DNA from: Candidatus Levyibacteriota bacterium
GTDB lineage: Bacteria; Patescibacteriota; Microgenomatia; Levybacterales; UBA12049
Reading direction: 5' to 3'
Length of the DNA stretch: 64,000 nucleotides
NCBI GenBank assembly: GCA_016214555.1
Contig: JACROF010000002.1
Location: 5,416-69,415 of the forward strand
The translations under genes and the position numbers were made by a program. Under the pieces are notes generated by a model. It saw only the letters and a list, made by a program, of their open reading frames with translations. It ran no database searches and was not told the origin of the DNA. This document shows, in pieces, positions 57,709 through 64,000 of this stretch. The number at the start of each line of letters is the position of its first letter. Position 1 is the first letter of the stretch.

Positions 57709-58158
57709 ATGCTTGAATTATTACTTGTTTTCGTAGGTATATTTAACGCCGCAACCTTCCCCATAGCGTTGAGAAAGTGTATGAGTAAAAATACAATACT
57801 CTCCAAGCCTTTTATATTGTGCGAATTATTTGGTTCTTTTGTCTGGGCAGATCAAGTGCTTTTTTCGTTGTTTTGGGTCTTTGTTTCAGTTGTTACACTT
57901 CTCATGCACGATTTTCTGCTTTTTTTCCTCATCTTTTCCCTTTTTTGGGTAGTTCGAAGTTCTGGTGAGGTGATGTATTGGTTTATGCAACAATTTCATC
58001 CACGACCTGGCAACGAGCCCCACCTCTTTTGGGCAAACCAATATATTCCAGGGGAGGCTGTTTGGTTTGTTCATCAAATCTTTTGGCAGTGTGTTCTCAC
58101 ACTGACAATTATTTCTACCCTTTATCTTGCGTACAAATGGCTCCCAACACTTCAATAG
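57709..58158 (+). CDS. Hypothetical membrane protein
   Basis: 149-aa hydrophobic ORF. Confidence 0.3.
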   Translation: MLELLLVFVGIFNAATFPIALRKCMSKNTILSKPFILCELFGSFVWADQVLFSLFWVFVSVVTLLMHDFLLFFLIFSLFWVVRSSGEVMYWFMQQFHPRPGNEPHLFWANQYIPGEAVWFVHQIFWQCVLTLTIISTLYLAYKWLPTLQ

Positions 58159-58237
58159 TCCTCTTACATTCGTCTTACACTGTCATTAATTCGCTCTTAA
58201 GCTGATGTAGGAATATAACTACAGAAAGGAGGTATAC

Positions 58238-58432
58238 GTGGCAACTGTAATTCACGAACATACACGCGATGAAGGTGGATCTTCAGGAGTCCTTCTCGCA
58301 TTAATCATATTGCTAGTAATGGCATTTATCTTTATATTTTATGGCTTGCCTGCAGTGAGGTCTTCTATTGGAGCCCCACAGGTAAATGTACCCGACAAGA
58401 TCGATGTTAATTTGAACTCCCCTCAAAAGTAA
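58238..58432 (+). CDS. Small membrane protein (GTG start, AGGAGG RBS)
   Basis: RBS AGGAGGT 6 nt upstream. Single TM helix. Confidence 0.4.
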   Translation: MATVIHEHTRDEGGSSGVLLALIILLVMAFIFIFYGLPAVRSSIGAPQVNVPDKIDVNLNSPQK

Positions 58433-58462
58433 ATAAATTGGAGAGAGAAAGGAGGTGAAAAT

Positions 58463-58714
58463 ATGGATATTTTAGTTTGGATAGTTTTTGGTGCATTAGC
58501 TGGTTGGATTGCATCAGTGGTTATGAAAACAGATGCGCAGCAAGGCGCTTTGATGAATGTCATCTTAGGTGTCATTGGAGCATTCGTTGGTGGGCTAATT
58601 TTCAATTTCTTTGGTGCTGCAGGAGTTACAGGATTCAACCTGTATAGCATCTTAGTGGCAGTAGTCGGTGCGGCCATTCTTATTTTGGCTGCCAGGATGA
58701 TCCATGTCGCTTAA
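58463..58714 (+). CDS. GlsB/YeaQ/YmgE family (transglycosylase-associated) stress membrane protein
   Basis: RBS GGAGGTG. WIVFGALAGWIASVVM......NVILGVIGAFVGGLIF pattern. Confidence 0.7.
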   Translation: MDILVWIVFGALAGWIASVVMKTDAQQGALMNVILGVIGAFVGGLIFNFFGAAGVTGFNLYSILVAVVGAAILILAARMIHVA

Positions 58715-58723
58715 AACTATTCT

Positions 58724-58752
58724 GTATTGCAATAAAGCAGACTGTCCTAAGG
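58724..58752. terminator. Hairpin (AAGCAGACT-11-AGTCTGCTT) between convergent genes; weak T-tracts
   Basis: 9-bp perfect stem read directly. Located between the GlsB-like gene and the dinB stop. Confidence 0.45.
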
Positions 58753-58768
58753 GTAGTCTGCTTTGGTA

Positions 58769-60052
58769 TTAGCTACTACTTCTGGCAAGCTTTGTCCGCT
58801 CATACGTATCAGCCATCCAGCCATTTGGTGTCGTAGTAAGTTTAGCAGCATTTGCCAAAAAACCATTACGGATAGTGTGATCTCCAAATCGTTCATTGAG
58901 AGCATCTACCACTTTTATGACCTTTTCTTTTTTTCTTTCCTGCAGAAAAAGGGGGAGAGGCAGGCGCGAGGAGTCTTCAAGGTAAGATGCCCAAACGCTT
59001 ATTCGTCTTACATATCCAACAGGAAGTCCGTCATATTTTTGCTTGAGTACTTCCATGCCGTACCCAAAGAGTTTAGGCCCAGTGTCGACATATTCCTGCT
59101 TAGTAATATGTCCATGCGCTTCGTATGCTCCATAAAGAGCAAGACCAGCACCTCTGGCTTTTTTATTGAGTCTTCGAAGCTTGATGCCTACTTCTTCATA
59201 AAGTTCGTATATGTTTTGTAAAACAATTCTTTGATTGTGTTCGTTTTGAGGAAGGCAGTATTGTCTGCCAATTGATTTGACAGGAGGTTCTTCTGTGTAG
59301 GAAAGTACAGGACGTGTATCAATACCTTTTCCTACATTATAAAGAAAATGCCCTTCTATATTGCCAAATTCAGCCATCAAAAAAGAAAGGGGAGTTTTGT
59401 GCAGCTGGGCAAGAGTATAAATCCCCATAGCATTAAGTCTCTCTTCAATGCGAGGTCCGATCCCACAGATATCCTGTAACTTAGCGATAGCATAGACACT
59501 CTGGACTTGATGAGGCCTGATCATGGTAACGCCATTTGGTTTTTTAAGGTCAGAGCCAAGCTTTGCAAGAAGCTTATTATGTGATACTCCTATAGAGACA
59601 GTGATATACTCTCCAATTTCTTTTCTAATTCGCGTTTTTATTTTTTCAATAAGACCCTCAACACCCCCAAAAAGATGCGCTGTTGTCGTAGCGTCTAAGA
59701 AAATCTCATCGAGTGAAAAAACTTCCAGAAAAGGAGAAAAGTCTTTTCCAATAGCTATAAATTTTTTACTTATCTCCCAATATTTCCAAAAATCAGCAGG
59801 GACGAGTTGTATCTGAGGACAAAGACGAAGCGCATCATAAGTCCTACATCCTGTTTTGATACCTAATTTTTTTGCTTCTCTACTTGAGGCGATAATACAA
59901 CTTCGCCCATTGGTAGCAGTAACACCAATTGGTTTATTGCGAAGAAGAGGGTTGCATTGCTGCTCAACACTTGCAAAAAATGAATCAAAATCGATATGAA
60001 GAATGATGCGTTTGGTATTAGGCAGGACTCTCTCCATCGGAGGCCTCCTCAA
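58769..60052 (-). CDS. dinB: Y-family DNA polymerase (DinB/UmuC-like, translesion synthesis)
   Basis: ILHIDFDSFFASVE; palm/fingers motifs SIDEIFLD; little-finger region. 427 aa. Confidence 0.8.
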   Translation of the reverse strand: MRRPPMERVLPNTKRIILHIDFDSFFASVEQQCNPLLRNKPIGVTATNGRSCIIASSREAKKLGIKTGCRTYDALRLCPQIQLVPADFWKYWEISKKFIAIGKDFSPFLEVFSLDEIFLDATTTAHLFGGVEGLIEKIKTRIRKEIGEYITVSIGVSHNKLLAKLGSDLKKPNGVTMIRPHQVQSVYAIAKLQDICGIGPRIEERLNAMGIYTLAQLHKTPLSFLMAEFGNIEGHFLYNVGKGIDTRPVLSYTEEPPVKSIGRQYCLPQNEHNQRIVLQNIYELYEEVGIKLRRLNKKARGAGLALYGAYEAHGHITKQEYVDTGPKLFGYGMEVLKQKYDGLPVGYVRRISVWASYLEDSSRLPLPLFLQERKKEKVIKVVDALNERFGDHTIRNGFLANAAKLTTTPNGWMADTYERTKLARSSS

Positions 60053-60269
60053 CTTTCCAGCTTAGCGTATTCGTATTAAGATTTAGGCGAAGGTACATAC
60101 TGTCAGCAACAACGCTGAAGATATGATGCAGAGTGTTACCATGTGCAAGAGTGTGGTGGTTACCAATTTGCGTAATTGTATAAATTCTTCCTCTCCACTT
60201 AATACGCCAGGGAAATGTTTTTCCATTGATTGCATCATAGACAGTAATAACACTTGCTTTTTCCTCCAT
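60018..60269 (-). CDS. 83-aa hypothetical ORF between lexA-like and dinB, overlapping dinB start by 35 nt
   Basis: ORF present in track. No RBS. Positional analogy to YolD/UmuD-like accessory genes (inference). Confidence 0.35.
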   Translation of the reverse strand: MEEKASVITVYDAINGKTFPWRIKWRGRIYTITQIGNHHTLAHGNTLHHIFSVVADSMYLRLNLNTNTLSWKVEEASDGESPA

Positions 60270-60299
60270 TAGTAATAACTCTCATGAGAGTAAGTCAAT

Positions 60300-60869
60300 T
60301 TAGTGATATTTTCGTATCACACTGGCAACAACTCCGCCTATTGAGAGACTCTCGCGAGGCTCGATAATAGGATAAGAATTATTGGCAGGAATGAGATAAA
60401 CTCTATTATTTTTTTGTTGAAAGTATTTAACGGTCCATTCTCCATCGACAAGAGCTGCAACAATATCACCATTGCGGGGATGATGGTCTTTAGCAACAAT
60501 AACGATGTCGCCATCATGGATACCTTCCTCTATCATCGAATCACCATGGACGGTGAGTGAAAAAATGTCTCCTGGGATATCCAAAAGGTATTCATAAAAA
60601 TCAATACTATCTCCAAGAGATGACTCAGCAGGTGAGGGGTAGCCTGCCTTAATGATGCCAAGATGGGGGATATGAAACAGTTTCTTGGGAAGGAGTTTAC
60701 CCTTGTCATCCTTCTCAAGAATTTCTGCTTCAATGAGTTTGTTCACCAGATATACAGCTGCATTTTTTGAAGAGTAGCCAAAAAGCGTACATATCTCCTG
60801 ATATGAAGGGAGTCTTTTTTGCTGTTTATAAAACTTTCGTAATAATGAAACTGCCTTTTCAATGGTCAT
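60300..60869 (-). CDS. LexA-like S24 peptidase repressor (second paralog; start taken at Met 60869)
   Basis: N-terminal HTH (LPSYQEICTLFGYSSKNAAVYLVNKLIEAEIL). C-terminal VHGDSMIEEGIHDGDIVIV....NGDIVAALVDGEWTVKYF (Ser/Lys dyad). Confidence 0.75.
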   Translation of the reverse strand: MTIEKAVSLLRKFYKQQKRLPSYQEICTLFGYSSKNAAVYLVNKLIEAEILEKDDKGKLLPKKLFHIPHLGIIKAGYPSPAESSLGDSIDFYEYLLDIPGDIFSLTVHGDSMIEEGIHDGDIVIVAKDHHPRNGDIVAALVDGEWTVKYFQQKNNRVYLIPANNSYPIIEPRESLSIGGVVASVIRKYH

Positions 60870-60873
60870 ATGC

Positions 60874-60919
60874 TGAACAAACGTACAATAACTATACTTG
60901 TACAAACGTTCAACGTCAA
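60874..60919 (-). promoter_or_regulatory. Promoter (TTGACG-17-TATAGT) with two Cheo-box-like imperfect palindromes (TGAACGTTTGTACA and TGTACGTTTGTTCA) overlapping -35 and the +1 region
   Basis: Read directly from the reverse complement of 60870..60920. Each box is GAAC-N4-GTTC-like with one mismatch. Confidence 0.45.
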
Positions 60920-60940
60920 GATGACAAACTAGATCAAATG

Positions 60941-61810
60941 CTATAACCCAAAGGAAGAGAGGGGGAGGTTTCCAACGTGATTTCGATGGAGATCTAGAAT
61001 AAATGATCGACACTGGGTAAAACCAGGTTTGGTTGAGAATGCAGCAGCAAAACCTAACTTTTTAAGGACTGAAAAGGTGGTCGTACTTGATGAGCCATAA
61101 GGATAAGTAAAGATAGGAGAGTCAGAACCTGTCTCCTCAGCCAGGGTATCCTGAGCAGAGGTGATTTGCCTCTCAATAGCTTCAGGAGTAGCATTTCCTA
61201 CATCGACATGATCAACGGTATGATTATAGAGTTTTACCAAAGAATTTTTGCTCATCTCAATAAGTTGATCCCACGACATGTAATCCTTTCTCCCAATAAG
61301 TCCAGTTGAGATCATGAAATTGCCTTTAATATTGTACTTTTTTAAAATTGGATAAGCATATAGATAATTATCTTCATATCCGTCATCAAAAGTGACAACA
61401 ATACTCTTTGAAGGTAGTTCTTCACGATTAAGAAGGGCATGAACTAATTGATCAGCTGTTAAAGAAACATACCCTTGTGATGATAAATAATTCATGTGCA
61501 TATCAAAGTATTCAACACCAACTGAAAGCGTATCTTGTTGTTTTTCTGATGACAAATAAAGAGGCTGTACGTGATGATACAAAATAACAGGAACAGTAAT
61601 GCAGTAGTCTTCATTTGCGATATCAGCTTGAACTTTCTTGATCAAGGTAGGCACTTTTTTTTGAGGATTTATAGATGATATTGAGGAAGTGGTTATGTTA
61701 CCTGAGGAAAAATGAAAAGGAGATGTAAGAAGAGAAAGAAAAAGGATTAAGAACAGAACGGCGATAAAGTTTTGCTTAAGGCCCAACATCTGAGGTTTTT
61801 TCGTTTTCAT
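60941..61810 (-). CDS. Polysaccharide deacetylase (CE4/NodB homology) with N-terminal TM anchor (start taken at ATG 61810)
   Basis: FDDGYEDNY..A.PILKKY...G.FM; HT.DH motif (YNHTVDHVD). Confidence 0.7.
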   Translation of the reverse strand: MKTKKPQMLGLKQNFIAVLFLILFLSLLTSPFHFSSGNITTSSISSINPQKKVPTLIKKVQADIANEDYCITVPVILYHHVQPLYLSSEKQQDTLSVGVEYFDMHMNYLSSQGYVSLTADQLVHALLNREELPSKSIVVTFDDGYEDNYLYAYPILKKYNIKGNFMISTGLIGRKDYMSWDQLIEMSKNSLVKLYNHTVDHVDVGNATPEAIERQITSAQDTLAEETGSDSPIFTYPYGSSSTTTFSVLKKLGFAAAFSTKPGFTQCRSFILDLHRNHVGNLPLSSFGL

Positions 61811-61847
61811 GTGCAAAATATAGTAGAGATACGTATAAAATGCAAGC

Positions 61848-61876
61848 AAAAAAAAGGGGCATCATTATGATGCCCC
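61848..61876 (-). terminator. Rho-independent terminator (GGGGCATCA-TTA-TGATGCCCC + T8) with the stop codon of the upstream gene in its loop
   Basis: Read directly. Confidence 0.65.
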
Positions 61877-62344
61877 AGGGTCTGTGATAGAAAGATCTTT
61901 AGCTTGAGAAGTACTGTTGGTTTTTTTGAGCATGTTTTCTCTTTGAGCAACCAGTGCATCATAGAGAACTGCGCAGTACTCACAGTTGGCAAGGTGGTGG
62001 AGGTCAAATACCGTGTCAAAGTTAACTACTGAATGTAGTACAACAATTGGAATGCACGGATCGTTTGCCTTCCTGAGTTCAAGTACCTGCATGAGATAAT
62101 TGACAGCGACAGGATATGCCCAGTGATGGTCAAGTCTTTGCCAAAGCTCTGGGTCGTGCTCATTCATCCAGGCATCCAATGGGCCAAAAAAGAGATTCCA
62201 GTCTGTTGCATAGACCTTGAGCTCAAAGTCATCCATGCTATGGATGAGTCTAATAAAGGCCAAAAGATCATCCTCGCTTGCGTGGCTTGACTTCTTTCCA
62301 AACCTGGGATGTTCTGTAATGGAACTTATCTTTGCTCCCATCAT
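61865..62344 (-). CDS. Hypothetical protein, GC-elevated (own promoter TTGCTA-17-TATAAT and RBS AAGGAGG)
   Basis: 159-aa His/Asp/Trp-rich ORF. No domain recognised. Confidence 0.45.
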   Translation of the reverse strand: MMGAKISSITEHPRFGKKSSHASEDDLLAFIRLIHSMDDFELKVYATDWNLFFGPLDAWMNEHDPELWQRLDHHWAYPVAVNYLMQVLELRKANDPCIPIVVLHSVVNFDTVFDLHHLANCEYCAVLYDALVAQRENMLKKTNSTSQAKDLSITDPGAS

Positions 62345-62417
62345 TTCCTCCTTGTTAATGATCTAAATCCTATAGTGCATTATAGTTTAACACGTTCTAT
62401 TTAGCAAATTTTTGGTC

Positions 62418-62448
62418 AAAAAAAGAGCCTTGGAGTGTTCCAAGGCTC
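62418..62448 (-). terminator. Rho-independent terminator (GAGCCTTGG-6-CCAAGGCTC + T7)
   Basis: Read directly downstream of the 62457..62813 gene. Confidence 0.65.
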
Positions 62449-62456
62449 GAGGAATC

Positions 62457-62813
62457 CTAGTGTCCTATCGGACTAATGATGATTGCGTCAAACGCTTCAA
62501 GACTTTCGGAGTCGCCACGCCATCGCACATACTTCCCAGAGTAATTCATGGGAAAGACTCTGACTGCGTACTCCTTGGCTATCTTGACTAGCTCATCCCA
62601 CAAAGGATGACCAGGGGTGATTTTTGCTGCAGCACCATTAACAAAGAGTATCTGAAACTTTCTTGTTTGGTCCTCTGACAGCCACCTTCGAAAGTTTTCA
62701 GATTGAAGCACTTTGAGAGCTCCAGTCATACACCAAACATGCCATTGGCCATCAACAGCCCCTTTTTCAGGGACAATAAGGCCCTCTTGGTATACTCTTG
62801 ATCCTGGAAACAT
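62457..62813 (-). CDS. Hypothetical protein, GC-elevated
   Basis: 118 aa. 18-nt spacer from the upstream gene, so cotranscribed. Confidence 0.4.
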   Translation of the reverse strand: MFPGSRVYQEGLIVPEKGAVDGQWHVWCMTGALKVLQSENFRRWLSEDQTRKFQILFVNGAAAKITPGHPLWDELVKIAKEYAVRVFPMNYSGKYVRWRGDSESLEAFDAIIISPIGH

Positions 62814-62831
62814 AGTGCCTCCTTATAGTGT

Positions 62832-63314
62832 CTAAGCGAGAAGCGCTTGCTCCCGCATCAACCGGCCCAACTCAGAGGTTTGGTAATGAGTCTTTAGCTC
62901 ACCATCATAGGACTCAAGCTCCAAACGAATGCCAGCGATAGTGCTTGCACGCTGAAGATGATCTTTAATCTCGCTTTCGATCAGGAGAATGCCATCTTGC
63001 ATTTCTTGAAGAATGTCAGCTAGATTCAGATCATCAAGGTCTTCATCGATGCTTCCGTAAAAGACAAGGCTACCTCCTTTTACAAGCTGGCAGTACCATT
63101 TGAGAGGTGAGCTTTTTGCCCTACCGTCTACCACTTGATCGAAAATGGTGAGATCAAGTTCATCTGGATCTCTTTTACGAAGAAAAAGCGTGCCAGTTAC
63201 TCCATCAAATTCTGAAAGCATATGTCGAAATGGGGTAAGGCCAATAAAAAGGCCTGAGATAGAGCCCGTATCAACGACTTTTGGCGCAGAAACTGCAAAA
63301 ATCCTCTTTGCCAT
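62832..63314 (-). CDS. Hypothetical acidic protein, GC-elevated (start taken at ATG 63314 with GGAGGA RBS; ORF track start GTG 63329)
   Basis: Promoter TTGTCA-18-TATAGT upstream. No domain recognised. Confidence 0.4.
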   Translation of the reverse strand: MAKRIFAVSAPKVVDTGSISGLFIGLTPFRHMLSEFDGVTGTLFLRKRDPDELDLTIFDQVVDGRAKSSPLKWYCQLVKGGSLVFYGSIDEDLDDLNLADILQEMQDGILLIESEIKDHLQRASTIAGIRLELESYDGELKTHYQTSELGRLMREQALLA

Positions 63315-63418
63315 CTCAGTCTCCTCCACAACTTATGTAAAAGTGCAAGATTTCCTTTTTGAAGTGTACCAAAAGCACTGAAAATATTCAACTATAGGAC
63401 AATATTTGGTGGTTTGAC

Positions 63419-63452
63419 AAAAAAAAGCGGAGAAGTATTACTACCTCTCCGC
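63419..63452 (-). terminator. Rho-independent terminator (GCGGAGA-12-TCTCCGC + T8)
   Basis: Read directly downstream of the 63463.. gene. Confidence 0.65.
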
Positions 63453-63462
63453 ATCATCATTA

Positions 63463-64000
63463 CTAGTTGGATCTGCTAGATGGTGCGTTCGGTCTGCTGA
63501 CCGACTCGACACCGATATAACCTTCTCTTAGTGCAATTCGTGAAATAACGAAGTCTCCGTTGGGGATTCGCCCTCGAAAGCTTCGCCCAATTACTTCTGT
63601 TGGAAGGTACAGCCTTTGATCAGGAGAGATGCGGTCGCTGTAATGAACCGGTGCTCCCATTCTTAGATCTGGACCGCTGACGATGACCCAGTGGTCAACA
63701 TCAACAAGTGCGTCTACGTCTGGAACTTCGCCTGTGTGACAGTCCAAAGCAGGCAGCCTCAGACCAGGCTCAGACTCAAGTGGTGTATACCACATAAGAA
63801 GAGGTGCTGCCTGTTTTGCCTCTCTGTTGTCAAAACAGCAAAGCGCTATGCTCCATCCAGGAAAACGAGTCGTGTAAAAATTGACCAAATCACGAGAGAT
63901 TGATGGACGTTTGTGTGCAGGTACGCTCAAAAGCGCACTGGGAATCAATGTCGGATCTTCTGTTAACACAACCGTGTAAATGTCATGTTCAAAAACATGA
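63463..64000 (-). CDS. Hypothetical protein, GC-elevated, N-terminus beyond window edge (frame stays open upstream of the GTG reported by the ORF track)
   Basis: I translated the minus frame past 63969 and found no stop codon up to position 64000. Confidence 0.4.
   Translation of the reverse strand, partial: HVFEHDIYTVVLTEDPTLIPSALLSVPAHKRPSISRDLVNFYTTRFPGWSIALCCFDNREAKQAAPLLMWYTPLESEPGLRLPALDCHTGEVPDVDALVDVDHWVIVSGPDLRMGAPVHYSDRISPDQRLYLPTEVIGRSFRGRIPNGDFVISRIALREGYIGVESVSRPNAPSSRSN

Noticed and set aside
1-64000. CRISPR arrays, rRNA genes, transposases/integrases
   Set aside because: I scanned for regularly spaced direct repeats and for transposase/integrase/recombinase motifs and found none. 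The GC-elevated blocks therefore cannot be called mobile elements on present evidence.

Overview
This window looks like an AT-rich, gene-dense bacterial chromosome segment, roughly 38-40% GC by eye. Many short intergenic spacers, ATGA-type start/stop overlaps, several apparently leaderless promoters and a high fraction of housekeeping or hypothetical genes suggest a reduced-genome lineage, for example CPR/Patescibacteria-like. That assignment is inference only. Recognisable content: murT-gatD (lipid II amidation), htpX, lemA, PolX, a LysM protein, TspO, pyrG, rplS, pyk, pckA, a ppsA-eno-acs operon (PEP/pyruvate node), a sugar-phosphate cluster (PGI/PMI, cupin, phosphomannomutase), holA-like, dus, rsmI, secG, yvcK, rnhB and a MacAB-like efflux module. 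There is a complete UvrABC set plus two LexA-family repressors. One LexA is divergent from uvrB. The other heads a lexA-like / 83-aa ORF / Y-family polymerase (dinB/umuC-like) cassette with Cheo-like operator candidates. Seven tRNA genes were identified by eye: Asp-GTC, Gly-CCC, Lys-TTT, Glu-TTC, Lys-CTT, Arg-TCG, plus a partial duplication of a tRNA 3' end. I saw no rRNA, CRISPR array, integrase or transposase. Several GC-elevated blocks of uncharacterised genes (12.5-13.1 kb, 33.7-35.2 kb, 36.6-39.1 kb, 61.9-64.0 kb) sit next to tRNAs or SOS genes. They are the best candidates for horizontally acquired or novel function, together with an ATP-cone::PD-(D/E)xK nuclease fusion gene and a DUF2130-like Zn-ribbon/coiled-coil gene coupled to rnhB.
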